Shown: positions 40,161 to 49,850 of the stretch, in pieces
Position numbering within the stretch: position 1 is the first letter of the stretch
Layout of the letters: each line of letters begins with the position of its first letter
Source: Ignavibacteriota bacterium
Lineage (GTDB): Bacteria > Bacteroidota > Ignavibacteria > Palsa-1295
Reading direction: 5' to 3'
Assembly: GCA_963787835.1 (NCBI GenBank)
Contig: CAWBEI010000002.1
Span: forward strand, 736,001-800,000
DNA length: 64,000 nt
Notes under the pieces: model-generated
Told to the model about the DNA's origin: nothing
The model's database searches: none
Seen by the model: only the letters and a program-made list of their open reading frames with translations
Made by a program: the position numbers and the translations under genes

Positions 40161-42164
40161 TTAGGATGAAGTCCAATGCAGTGTGGCCGCACTTTCTAAA
40201 ATATCCGCGCCCAAATGCACCCACGTATTGATAACACGCTGAGTAGATGCTTGGGTTTTCGTTAAAAGTCCGGCGGCATTATGCTGACGCGCATATTCGA
40301 AGGCGGCAATAACCAGGGCGCGATACACGCCGCGCCCGCGCGAATCGGAGGCTACGGCGTTCAGAGAATCTTTCCACCACAGGGCATTGCCAAAAACTGC
40401 CATCGGTTCGAGGGCGATGTAGCCACAGACTGCTCCATCGAGCTCCGCAGCCAATATCAACGTGCTCTGCGCATGGCTTCGCGCGATATTCGAAAACCAC
40501 TCGCGAAATAGATCCTGGCTGCGCTCTATAGGAATCATAGGCTCAAGAAAGAAGCGATCCTGAATCATGGTGTGATCTCCGAACGATTCTGCTGAAATTT
40601 TGGCAAGGATAGGTTCATCTTCCGGACGCATTGGGCGAACGCGAAGTCCATTGCTGAACTCGACCGAATGTCCATCTCTTGTAAATCCTGAATTTTGCAG
40701 CACACGATCATATTTTGAACTCGGCGCACCCAAGGTAACCAAAAGATCGACAAGGTGAAATCCAGCCGATTCAAATGCACGTGTAACGAAAAGATCTTCA
40801 CTTGAAACGCGCGCATCGAGCAAACGAAGCTTTCGCTTTTCTGCAAATTCCAGAGCACCGTGAAGCACGCGTTCTAAGGCAAGAATTCGTCCGGCTTCAA
40901 CAGCACCACCAAGCGCATTTGCATAGAGGATCCGTCCGGAAGGAATTCCGAGCAACCGCGTATCCCATTCCAATTCTGTCAGTAATGCAGCAGCAGATAT
41001 ATGGTCACCATCACGCCCCCAAAAGACGAATGGGTCAGCGCTCCTCCATGCTGCAAGATGGTAATCTGTCAGCGCACGCGGTTCACTATTCGCGAATACT
41101 TTTGCGAGCGGAAGATGTCGATCGCCTGCGATTACTTGATGAAGCTCTTCTTGCTCAGAATTTGATAATGCTGAAAGACGTTGCGATAAAATTCCCTTAC
41201 CTTCATCCTTCATCCTTCCGCCTTCATCCTTTGATGTTGAGGTAAGATCTCGAAGCAAATAAAGCGGCCTTCCCTGCGATTCGCGATAAATGCGGCTGAC
41301 ATACTCGCCCATCAGCCCAATAACGATAAGCTGCAACGCGCCAAAGAAAAAGATCGCGATCATGATGGAAGCATATCCTGGAACTGCATATCCTCCAAGA
41401 ATTTTGCGGATCACGATATAAATGACAGCAAGCGTGGCAAGCGCTGCAGTGGACATTCCCGCCACAGTCGCAAATTGCAGCGGCGCGGCACTGAAACTCG
41501 TTGCGGTGCTGAGGGCCAGTTTAATGAGACGCCAGAACGAATACTTCGTTTGGCCGGCAAAACGAGCGCCATGCACGACCGGTACGCTTGTTTGCTTATA
41601 CCCGATCCACCGGACAAGCCCCGGAAGATAACGTGCCTTCTCGCGCATCTGCCGGAGATCATCCGCAACATTCTTGCGCATGGCACGGAAAATGCTGGAA
41701 TCGAGCCGCACTTCCGAACGGGCAACGCTATTCATCAGCCATAAAAAGAGATGACTGGAAAGATTCTTGTACCACCTAAATTGCCGCGTCTCGCGCTCGC
41801 CCCACACCACATCATACCCTTTATCCAGCTTGGCGAGCAGCTTGGGAATTTCTTCCGGTTGATCCTGCAGATCGGCATCCATCATAACGATGACATCGCC
41901 AACAGCATGATCGAGCCCGGCGGTGAGCGCAATATGATGTCCGAAATTTCGCGTGAAGCTGAAGACACGAATATGCTCCGGATCGCGCCCCCGAAGTTGC
42001 AAAAGAATATTCAGCGAATCGTCGCGCGAGCCATCATCGACGAGAATAATTTCGTAGGAGCGCCCAAGCGCAGCCATCGCTGCTGTAAGCCGGCGATACA
42101 GCTCCGCAAGCACTTCCTGCTCGTTATAGACCGCGACGACAATGGATAATTCTTTAGGACTCAC
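40161..42164 (-). CDS. GtrB/ArnC-like polyprenyl-phosphate GT2 fused to WecD-like GNAT acyltransferase
   Basis: VDDGSRD, RNFGH, MDADLQDQP, two TM helices, GEYVSRIY; then LEWDTRLLG, DRFF..P, NAVASDSRGRGV, TKTQ. Confidence 0.85.
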   Translation of the reverse strand: MSPKELSIVVAVYNEQEVLAELYRRLTAAMAALGRSYEIILVDDGSRDDSLNILLQLRGRDPEHIRVFSFTRNFGHHIALTAGLDHAVGDVIVMMDADLQDQPEEIPKLLAKLDKGYDVVWGERETRQFRWYKNLSSHLFLWLMNSVARSEVRLDSSIFRAMRKNVADDLRQMREKARYLPGLVRWIGYKQTSVPVVHGARFAGQTKYSFWRLIKLALSTATSFSAAPLQFATVAGMSTAALATLAVIYIVIRKILGGYAVPGYASIMIAIFFFGALQLIVIGLMGEYVSRIYRESQGRPLYLLRDLTSTSKDEGGRMKDEGKGILSQRLSALSNSEQEELHQVIAGDRHLPLAKVFANSEPRALTDYHLAAWRSADPFVFWGRDGDHISAAALLTELEWDTRLLGIPSGRILYANALGGAVEAGRILALERVLHGALEFAEKRKLRLLDARVSSEDLFVTRAFESAGFHLVDLLVTLGAPSSKYDRVLQNSGFTRDGHSVEFSNGLRVRPMRPEDEPILAKISAESFGDHTMIQDRFFLEPMIPIERSQDLFREWFSNIARSHAQSTLILAAELDGAVCGYIALEPMAVFGNALWWKDSLNAVASDSRGRGVYRALVIAAFEYARQHNAAGLLTKTQASTQRVINTWVHLGADILESAATLHWTSS
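41200..41230. repeat. Heptamer repeat (CCTTCAT)x4 in frame in the GT2-GNAT linker
   Basis: ccttcat ccttcat ccttccg ccttcat cct, encoding KDEGGRMKDEG. Confidence 0.8.
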
Positions 42165-42227
42165 CGGGCAATATTTCTACATTGTATGTAAAAGAAGAAA
42201 TTAGAAGAATAAATCCTTTCATGAATA

Positions 42228-43709
42228 TCATTTCGGCACAAACACGAATTCCGGCCTCGTGGCGGCGTCTCCAACGCGAGTGAGATAGATGTTCGGCTCC
42301 GCGATCATACGTCCCACGTAAGTGTAATGCGAGACGGAATCTAAACGAAATGTATCGCTCTCTTCCATGATCACGGCGCTGAACCGGTGCCGAGCGAATG
42401 CAGAATCGAGATCGGCCTGCAATCGCGCGGAAGTAGTGTCATGCACGCGGAGCACATCGATCGTTGCCAGAAGCTGTGCGTGGGAAGCTTTCCCAGCCTG
42501 CCGCGCGATATAACCGTGATACGGAATATACACTTCCCCCGGCATCGCGCGTAGCTTGCGCATGAACTCATCGCCGCCCGCACGCTGCTTCGCACTTGCG
42601 ATCACCATCTTCCCCGACAGCGGATTGAAATAGAGCGCCACAAACTGAAACAGGAACGCAAGATACACATACCGCGCAAATGCCGGACGAACATTCTTCA
42701 TCTCATTCAGCGCAATCGGTAAGAGCGGCAGCACGAACGCGGCAAAGGGCATCATCACATTGCGGTCGCCGCCTTCGTTACCGAGGCTTACCGCTCCGGC
42801 AGACAGTGCGGCGAGGGCCATCATCACAATGAGTCCCGTTTCGCTCTTGAAAAAAGCACGGGACCACACCCCAACCCCCTCCTTCTTAAGGAGGGGGAGT
42901 ATAAACAGTGTAATTGTTGATGCCGCAAATGGTCCCAAAGCAAAATTTGGGAATGCATCGAACATGCGAATGATGGAAAAATCCGCGCGCTTTGCCGATG
43001 GGATGGTGAACATATAGAATGTGGACCATCCATGGGTAGCGCCAAAGATCGCAAAATGAGCAATGAGTGTCAGAACGACCGCGCTCGCTGTAAAGATCAT
43101 TCCCAGCTTTTTATCTTTAAGCCAAAACCAGACTACTAAAGGAGGCAGAAAAAAAACAGCCTGCTGTCTCGTCAAAAAAGCGAAGACAAAAAGAATAGAC
43201 GTGGCAAGCGAACCAATTATCCCCGATAATCGCATTGGCAAAAACGCAAGAAGAATGACTATAGCGGTGAAGAACGCATCGTTGCGCACAATGTCGAAAT
43301 AATATCCTGTTGCATGATACGTTGCAAAATACAGAGCAATCGTTAAGAAGGCAAACAAGCGATTTTTGGTGATACGCTGAACGATCCAGCCCATTAGTCC
43401 CGCAGTAATCAGCGTAGAAGCGAATGAAACGATCCGTCCCGCAAAGAATCCGATGCCAACGATCTTTGCCACACCTGCAACAGCATAATAATAGGCCGGA
43501 GGATACAGCCAGGGAATGAAATCGATCGTTGGCGCTGCATAGATCGGTTTGCCGGCAAGTATTCGGACAACATGATCGAGCATTGCGCCCTCCATCCACT
43601 CGATCTCATAGGGATACATAAGACGCATGACGGAAAGCGTTAGGACCACTGCAATAAATATCGCGCCGAGCGCAATTGCCAGCCAGCGAGTGAGGCGTTC
43701 CAGTGTCAT
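42228..43709 (-). CDS. GT-C glycosyltransferase (YPYExEWxEG type)
   Basis: YPYEIEWMEG, YPPAYY, DIVRND; ATG 43709 overlaps upstream stop codon (ATGA). Confidence 0.8.
   Translation of the reverse strand: MTLERLTRWLAIALGAIFIAVVLTLSVMRLMYPYEIEWMEGAMLDHVVRILAGKPIYAAPTIDFIPWLYPPAYYYAVAGVAKIVGIGFFAGRIVSFASTLITAGLMGWIVQRITKNRLFAFLTIALYFATYHATGYYFDIVRNDAFFTAIVILLAFLPMRLSGIIGSLATSILFVFAFLTRQQAVFFLPPLVVWFWLKDKKLGMIFTASAVVLTLIAHFAIFGATHGWSTFYMFTIPSAKRADFSIIRMFDAFPNFALGPFAASTITLFILPLLKKEGVGVWSRAFFKSETGLIVMMALAALSAGAVSLGNEGGDRNVMMPFAAFVLPLLPIALNEMKNVRPAFARYVYLAFLFQFVALYFNPLSGKMVIASAKQRAGGDEFMRKLRAMPGEVYIPYHGYIARQAGKASHAQLLATIDVLRVHDTTSARLQADLDSAFARHRFSAVIMEESDTFRLDSVSHYTYVGRMIAEPNIYLTRVGDAATRPEFVFVPK
42860..42902. 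repeat. REP copy in frame within a GT-C gene
   Basis: Identical to 17146-17187 except for one inserted base. Confidence 0.9.
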
Positions 43710-44452
43710 CGTTTTCTCAGCACGCAAAAAAGTGATGACCCGAACGCCGGATGGAACCACGATATCTGGCTCGGCTTGACAAAAAGATAGAGGAGGATCT
43801 TATTCATGCTCGGCGAAGGAATGCGGTCCTCAAAGCGGGATTTCAGTTTAAATAATCGGGAGATAGTGCGAAGTGTTAGAATGGGAAGGAATGCGAACGC
43901 ATTGGCGTAGTCAAAATGCAGCACGTCAAATTCAGACTGGTGCGGCGCGAACAGCAATCGAAGCATGGATTTCGAATAGCGGCGAAAATGGCCGAGCGAA
44001 ACATCCCAATCGCTCCAAAGGCTCATGAAGGCAGGTACATTGATGATAACGATACCGCCCCGTTTTGTGATTCGCAGAAGTTCTGAAAACGCAAGCGTAT
44101 CGTCTTCTACATGCTCCAGCACATCGAGCGCAATAGTAACCTGACTGGTCGAGTCTTTTAGAGGGAGATCGAGAATAGATCCTTCGAGCAGTTCCGTGCC
44201 CTTTCGTTCTTTTGCAAGTCGGCGGGCCTCTGCAACATATTCGATGCCGATCACGGAAATTCCATTCGGCTCGAACCGTCCTCTAAGTTCCCGGACCAAT
44301 TCTCCCGTGCCCGCTCCGCAATCGACGATCCGATCACCCTTTGCGAGTTTTGCCGCTCGCTCGATCCAATATTGGACGAGCACCCGTTTGCCCTTGTAGA
44401 ACCAATGCTCGCGCTCAACTTTTTCCAGCGCATCGTATTCAGCAAGCTGCAT
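43706..44452 (-). CDS. Class I SAM-dependent methyltransferase
   Basis: HWFYKGKR, VDCGAGTG, LDVLEHVEDD, VPAFMSLWS, HFRRY. Confidence 0.9.
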   Translation of the reverse strand: MQLAEYDALEKVEREHWFYKGKRVLVQYWIERAAKLAKGDRIVDCGAGTGELVRELRGRFEPNGISVIGIEYVAEARRLAKERKGTELLEGSILDLPLKDSTSQVTIALDVLEHVEDDTLAFSELLRITKRGGIVIINVPAFMSLWSDWDVSLGHFRRYSKSMLRLLFAPHQSEFDVLHFDYANAFAFLPILTLRTISRLFKLKSRFEDRIPSPSMNKILLYLFVKPSQISWFHPAFGSSLFCVLRKR

Positions 44453-44455
44453 AGA

Positions 44456-45421
44456 TCAGTGGTCGTCCGGTTTTGGTGATCGAATGATCTCGCTGATCAC
44501 GTAATGCGGCCGTTGTTTCACCTCATCATAAATACGGCCGAGATATTCGCCTAAAATCCCGATCGAGATTAGCTGAATACCTCCCAACAGTAAAATAGCA
44601 ACGGTCGGGGTGGTAAAACCAGCCACAACATTGATATGCAATACGCGCATAATGACTAAGAAGATCGCGTACAGAAAGGAAAAGGTGCTCACAATAAATC
44701 CCAGCGTCCAGATTGCGCGGAGCGGTTTGAAGCTGAAACTAAAAATGGCGTCAAACGCATACCGGACGAGGCGCCCGAAAGACTGCTTTGGTTTTCCAGC
44801 AGCGCGTTCTTCGCGGTCGTAGAGCACTTCAGCTTGCTCATAACCAACCCAGGTTCGCAATCCAGGCAGGAACCTGTTTCGCTCATGCAACCGCAGCAGG
44901 TCGTTCACTGCTCGGCGGTCCATCAAGCCAAACACTCCGCTGCCGGTCTCCATTTTCATGTCGCTTACGCGAGCAAGCATCGAATGAAATAGCGCGAACA
45001 GCATTCCTTTTATTCCCCGCTCGGCACGCGAACGGCGTTTTGCAACTACTACCCGATTGCCTGATAACCACGACCGAACAAGATCGGGAATTAATTCCGG
45101 AGGGTCTTGCAGATCACCATCCATAATAATGACGGCATCCCCGGTGGCATATTCTAATCCCGCCTGGATCGCGGATTGATGTCCAAAGTTTCGGGACAGA
45201 TTGATGACGGCAAGACGTGCATCCCTCACAGCAAAATTCGAAAGCATTTCCAGCGTTCGGTCGCGCGAGCCATCGTTGACAAGCACCCATTCGCATTCCA
45301 GCCCAAATTCCCGTTCGAGGGAATCGAACACATGCGTCACCCGCTCGGAAAGCTCACTCAACAGTGCTTCTTCGTTATAAATCGGCATGACAATGGAAAT
45401 GGACTTGGCAGGCATAATCAA
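44456..45421 (-). CDS. GtrB/ArnC-like polyprenyl-phosphate glycosyltransferase (GT2)
   Basis: VNDGSRD, SRNFGHQ, MDGDLQDPP, two C-terminal TM helices, GEYLGRIYDEVKQRP. Confidence 0.92.
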   Translation of the reverse strand: MIMPAKSISIVMPIYNEEALLSELSERVTHVFDSLEREFGLECEWVLVNDGSRDRTLEMLSNFAVRDARLAVINLSRNFGHQSAIQAGLEYATGDAVIIMDGDLQDPPELIPDLVRSWLSGNRVVVAKRRSRAERGIKGMLFALFHSMLARVSDMKMETGSGVFGLMDRRAVNDLLRLHERNRFLPGLRTWVGYEQAEVLYDREERAAGKPKQSFGRLVRYAFDAIFSFSFKPLRAIWTLGFIVSTFSFLYAIFLVIMRVLHINVVAGFTTPTVAILLLGGIQLISIGILGEYLGRIYDEVKQRPHYVISEIIRSPKPDDH

Positions 45422-45428
45422 ACAGGAC

Positions 45429-46949
45429 TTAGTGGCGTCTATATAAAGTAAAAGCGCCTATCTTGGTTTCAGCATAATAATTGGAATCGAGCCTCGCCCC
45501 AAGTTCCGTAAAATCCTCCCGAAGGATCTCGTGCCCCAGCCGTCCGCCATAATACTGCCGAAATGCCTCCGGTGCATCGCAAACAATGAAGTAGATGGGC
45601 TTCTCTCTTCGCATATCATTCATATATTCCTCGCGCCACGCTCGCTGGAATGGCTGAAGACTATCGCCGACCCCACGCATGGTAATGGCATGAAGTGTTT
45701 GAAATCGGCTGGCGGTAAGCAACCCAGCTCGGAATTGAGGATAGCTATACGGCCCAAACATTTGGACGGTGTCGTTGGGGCGAGTATGTGCAATGAGGTA
45801 ATCGCCAACTTCTGTTTGGACGCGCACTCCAAACTCCGGTGAAGGCTCGTAACGATCGTAGGACTCGTCGAGGGAATGGATGCGACCCTTCCCAATATCG
45901 ATCAATACACGCTGGATGGTATTACCTCGAAAGGTCGTGATAAGATAATAGATAACGATCGCGATAGGAACTGCAAACTTAATACATCTCCACCTTTGAG
46001 CGAGGAAATCCGCAATGCGCATCCATCCAATTGCCGAAAGCAAAATAAACAGCGTCATCGCCGGATGATAATGATACACGCTATGCCGGTAAAGCATTAA
46101 CAGCGAAATCGCACTTGACGCAAATAGTGCTGCCCAAAGGTAAAGGACTGGACGCTCTTTCTTCCATAAATAATAGAGTGCAACCGCAACAGCGACTATC
46201 GAAATTGCATAAAATCTGACCGGTTCCCACAAACTAAATGAAGCTCCACTACCACCATACACTTTGAGATTAAACAGGATCGTGGCATCCCAAAATTCTT
46301 TCAGACCTCCATAAAACCAATATAGAATGATTGTAAAAAAGATTGGAACGACTCCACCAAGAACGAAGTGCAATACATTTCGCCGATCATCACTTGTTAG
46401 AAAATACCAAACCAAGAATATCACTGCGTAGAGTGCATACGTTGGTCGGAACAGGAATGCCAAACCGCACAACGCGCCGACAAGAAATGACTTCTTCTTT
46501 TCTAATGCAAGATAGAACGCCACAATGAGCATGATCGAAACATATGTATCGCGCTCACCTGCCATCCACAGGCCCTGTTGAACATAATACAATGCTGCCA
46601 GAATCGCCGCAAGCATTCCCGCACGAATATCGTAAAGTCGCTCGCCAATCCGAATGAGAAAATAACTTCCTACAAGCTGAAGAAGAATATCGAATAGATG
46701 GAAGGCTATCTGCGAATGTCCACTAATGAGAATTTGTATCGCATGGACGAGGATTATTCCCGGAAAATTCTGATCCCACGAGCCAAGATATGGAAGATGT
46801 CCTTTCAAGCCAAGATCTGCCATGTAGGCATACAGCGCGTTGTCGTTATTAAAGGGATAGGTGAGCGTGCAGGAAAAAATCGCTGCACAAATGAGAAGCG
46901 TTACCCCTATTCCTGGGCCAAAAGATTTCTTGCTGTTAGTGAGCTGCAT
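45429..46949 (-). CDS. GT-C glycosyltransferase (LPY..SWD.NFPG type)
   Basis: NNDNALY, LPYLGSWDQNFPGI, AGERD, FRPTY. Confidence 0.8.
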   Translation of the reverse strand: MQLTNSKKSFGPGIGVTLLICAAIFSCTLTYPFNNDNALYAYMADLGLKGHLPYLGSWDQNFPGIILVHAIQILISGHSQIAFHLFDILLQLVGSYFLIRIGERLYDIRAGMLAAILAALYYVQQGLWMAGERDTYVSIMLIVAFYLALEKKKSFLVGALCGLAFLFRPTYALYAVIFLVWYFLTSDDRRNVLHFVLGGVVPIFFTIILYWFYGGLKEFWDATILFNLKVYGGSGASFSLWEPVRFYAISIVAVAVALYYLWKKERPVLYLWAALFASSAISLLMLYRHSVYHYHPAMTLFILLSAIGWMRIADFLAQRWRCIKFAVPIAIVIYYLITTFRGNTIQRVLIDIGKGRIHSLDESYDRYEPSPEFGVRVQTEVGDYLIAHTRPNDTVQMFGPYSYPQFRAGLLTASRFQTLHAITMRGVGDSLQPFQRAWREEYMNDMRREKPIYFIVCDAPEAFRQYYGGRLGHEILREDFTELGARLDSNYYAETKIGAFTLYRRH

Positions 46950-47772
46950 CTGGCTTTTTGATAGTCACAGAAAGAACAACAGAGATAATTAAGACCGCGA
47001 TCACTACGCTCAAGGCAACGGTATTACTTATGATCGCCGATGGCCAAAATGCTGGAATGATCATTTTCACGCCAATGAACCACAAAATGACACCCACACC
47101 CTGCTTGACGAATCGGAATGCATCATGCGCTCGCTCCAGCAGAAAATAAAGCGAACGCAGGCCCAATACAGCGAGCATATTCGAAGAATAAATGATAAAG
47201 GGATTTCGAGTAACGGCAAAGATTGCCGGTATGCTATCGACGGCGAAGATCACGTCCATCACCTCGATCACACAAACGACAAGAAAGAGTGGGGTTGCAA
47301 CTCGCCGCCCGTGTTCACAAATAAAGAATCGGGTTCCGTGGAACTCCGGCGATACTGTTACAAATCGTGATACTAATTTGATGGTCCGGCTCTTTTCTGG
47401 TTCGAATTCCTTTTCGCCGCCGAAGGCCATGACAAATCCGGTATAGATCACGATTGCGCCGAAAAGATATAATACCCATTCGAACGATTGAATCAGGGTA
47501 ACACCTGCAAAGATAAGCAGCCCACGTAAGACAAGGACACTGATGAGTCCGTAGTTCAATGCCCGCCGTTGCGCTTCACGTTTCACCCCGAAGAACGTGA
47601 AGAGCATAAGAAACACGAACAGGTTATCGACCGAGAGCGCTTTCTCAAGCGCATAGCCGGTGAGAAATGCCTCGGCGGGAACTGCGCCCCAATAGGAATA
47701 GATCGCAAGAGCCGTAAGCATCGAAAGGCCGATCCAAACGGTGCTCCAGGCAAGTGCGCGTTTAAAAGTCAT
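46936..47772 (-). CDS. TerC/Alx-family membrane protein
   Basis: EKALSVDNLFVF, DVIFAVDSIPAIFAVT, SNMLAVLGLRSLY. Confidence 0.95.
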   Translation of the reverse strand: MTFKRALAWSTVWIGLSMLTALAIYSYWGAVPAEAFLTGYALEKALSVDNLFVFLMLFTFFGVKREAQRRALNYGLISVLVLRGLLIFAGVTLIQSFEWVLYLFGAIVIYTGFVMAFGGEKEFEPEKSRTIKLVSRFVTVSPEFHGTRFFICEHGRRVATPLFLVVCVIEVMDVIFAVDSIPAIFAVTRNPFIIYSSNMLAVLGLRSLYFLLERAHDAFRFVKQGVGVILWFIGVKMIIPAFWPSAIISNTVALSVVIAVLIISVVLSVTIKKPDAAH

Positions 47773-47814
47773 AAGGCAGAACCGGGATTACGCAGATTTG
47801 GGTTCACAATACTA

Positions 47815-48618
47815 TCAACCACTATTCTTCAGTAAAAACTCTCGCTCTTCTTTAGATAGACTTTGCATTCCACTGCTTGCAATCTTATCAAGAATAGCAT
47901 CGATGCGAGCTTCGATCGCTTTGGGATCGTTCAGTACGACTCCTTTTACAGATGCAGTCCTTCGAACTGGCCTGCGCATCAGCACATCCTCAGCGCGATT
48001 GAGAAACGCTCTCCCAAAACTATATTGCCGGTACATCACATGGAAACAAACGATAGCACCAAGTGTGCCAAAAATAGGACCAAAGAGGTTTGCGGCGCTT
48101 GAATCCAAACGAGTTCCATTCATGGGGATCACGGAAAGTACAAATACTGCAACTGCGATCATCCAGGCCTTTAGCCAAAATAATCCTAAAATGGAGATCT
48201 CTCGCTTAGGCCACATATAGGCAAAACCGCCCAGCATGAACATCGTGAGAATGCCTGGCCCGGCAAGTGCTGCATCTGGGCTGAGAACGGAAAAGATCAG
48301 CCCGCCAGCAACGATCGTAATGGCAAGCATAATGGTAAGCCGCTTGGTATGAATGATCGTCTCCAGTTCCCCACCGAACATAGCAATGATGATCGCTATC
48401 CACAACAAGGAGAAAATAGCAGGAAGCAAACTCTGCATCGAAGCAGCCATGAAAAAGGGATACGTCACGAGCCGCCATACCTGAAACCGTCCCCAAAGCA
48501 GTTCCGGGTAGAGCGGCATCGCCGAAACCATCATTCCCGGAACGATCAGCGAAAGCAACGCCGATCCCACGAGGGCAATTATTAGTCCTTTACAGAGCGG
48601 GGGAAGGTTCCGAAACAT
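47815..48618 (-). CDS. Rhomboid-like membrane protein with C-terminal IDAILDKI domain, probably inactive
   Basis: QVWRLVTYPF, GGELE, IDAILDKIASSGMQSLSKEEREFL; lacks GxS and catalytic His. Confidence 0.75.
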   Translation of the reverse strand: MFRNLPPLCKGLIIALVGSALLSLIVPGMMVSAMPLYPELLWGRFQVWRLVTYPFFMAASMQSLLPAIFSLLWIAIIIAMFGGELETIIHTKRLTIMLAITIVAGGLIFSVLSPDAALAGPGILTMFMLGGFAYMWPKREISILGLFWLKAWMIAVAVFVLSVIPMNGTRLDSSAANLFGPIFGTLGAIVCFHVMYRQYSFGRAFLNRAEDVLMRRPVRRTASVKGVVLNDPKAIEARIDAILDKIASSGMQSLSKEEREFLLKNSG

Positions 48619-48657
48619 TATAGCAGCATCCGTTCGACAATATCTTCTCCATGAACA

Positions 48658-48689
48658 ACAAAAGACCGGCGATTGCGCCGGCCTTTTGT
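48658..48689 (-). terminator. Rho-independent terminator
   Basis: ACAAAAGGCCGGCG-CAAT-CGCCGGTCTTTTGT downstream of 48715..49650. Confidence 0.75.
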
Positions 48690-48714
48690 AATATTAGTAG
48701 AATTTGATTTTAAT

Positions 48715-49650
48715 TTAGCCAATATGATCGTCACGGAGCCAGATGCCATAGCGAACATCGATCGTGAAAGTATCCGTCTTGCCATCGCCGCTGATGCGAG
48801 TGATCGTAAGTGTGGCTGTGCCGTCACCATTATAGACGATCGAGACCTGCCGTTCGAACGTACTATCCTTGAAGCCGACCGCTTTGAAATCGCTGTTGCC
48901 GGTTCCAAGCAGATACGTTACGTTACCGCCCATCCAGTTATCATAGACTTTCACAAGCGTGTCATTCGTCCAGTTCATAGTGAACGTATGGGTGAATGTC
49001 GTGCCATTGGAGAGCTTGGTCGTCTCGCCGGCACGGGTAAGCGTGCCATTAAGCGTAGCAGAATCCGGTTCTGCGATCAGGTTCGTGATCGTCCAGGAGC
49101 CGTTCGAAGAATCGCTCAGGCTGACGCGTGGCGTCGATACGGTATGCTGGCCATGCGAAGTAATCGAAACCTCGTTCGTCTGCCCCTTGATGAATTTGGG
49201 CATCGCATTGCCGTTGGCGTCGTAGTAGGTCCATGTATGCGTCCAGGTTCCCGAATAACTGTAGCCATTCTTCGAGAAGCTGCGCGAGACCGTTGCAATA
49301 TGCACCGTCGTCGTATCGCTCGGAGAACTAAGTACGTTAGCATCCGGAATGACCTGCCCGTGCGCCAGCGTCATCGCATCGCTGAAGATCATGCCCGAAC
49401 CGCCGGAGCTGGTTCCGACCGATGTTGCGATCACATCCGCAGCATCGCGGGAATTCGCGGCTTGTACCGCATCCGGGAACGATGCTTCCGTATTAGAAGA
49501 TGATGGCGCCGTTGACTGCGATGCGCAGCCACCAAGCATCATCGATGAAGCGCCCAAAGCGACCATGGCGACAAGTGAAAGGAAGCCGGTTCTGATAGCT
49601 CCGCTTTTCCAGAAGGTGTTGAGTACCGAAAGGTTTTGATAGTAATTCAT
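48715..49650 (-). CDS. Beta-rich lipoprotein, hypothetical
   Basis: Lipobox LGGC; S/T-rich beta strands; followed by a terminator. Confidence 0.75.
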   Translation of the reverse strand: MNYYQNLSVLNTFWKSGAIRTGFLSLVAMVALGASSMMLGGCASQSTAPSSSNTEASFPDAVQAANSRDAADVIATSVGTSSGGSGMIFSDAMTLAHGQVIPDANVLSSPSDTTTVHIATVSRSFSKNGYSYSGTWTHTWTYYDANGNAMPKFIKGQTNEVSITSHGQHTVSTPRVSLSDSSNGSWTITNLIAEPDSATLNGTLTRAGETTKLSNGTTFTHTFTMNWTNDTLVKVYDNWMGGNVTYLLGTGNSDFKAVGFKDSTFERQVSIVYNGDGTATLTITRISGDGKTDTFTIDVRYGIWLRDDHIG

Positions 49651-49756
49651 GATTGTGCAAATAGTGTGAATGGTTGAAATTGTATTAGTGTGTTATTAAA
49701 TATCCCATTTGCTTAATAGACTTCCTACCCGCCCGAAAGTTTAATCCTCAATTATT

Positions 49757-49770
49757 ACAATTTCTTAAGC
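49757..49770 (+). repeat. 14-bp direct repeat, left copy
   Basis: ACAATTTCTTAAGC, identical at 51924-51937. Confidence 0.6.
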
Positions 49771-49850
49771 CAAGGATTCATCCTTCATCCTTTCCCCCGG
49801 AAATAGGTGCCATTTCTTTTTCTTGCGAGTTCCCGATATTCCTTGCTCCT

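Noticed and set aside
48673-49503. 276-aa plus-strand ORF
   Set aside because: Antisense to a lipoprotein gene that has a lipobox and terminator; Arg-rich shadow composition
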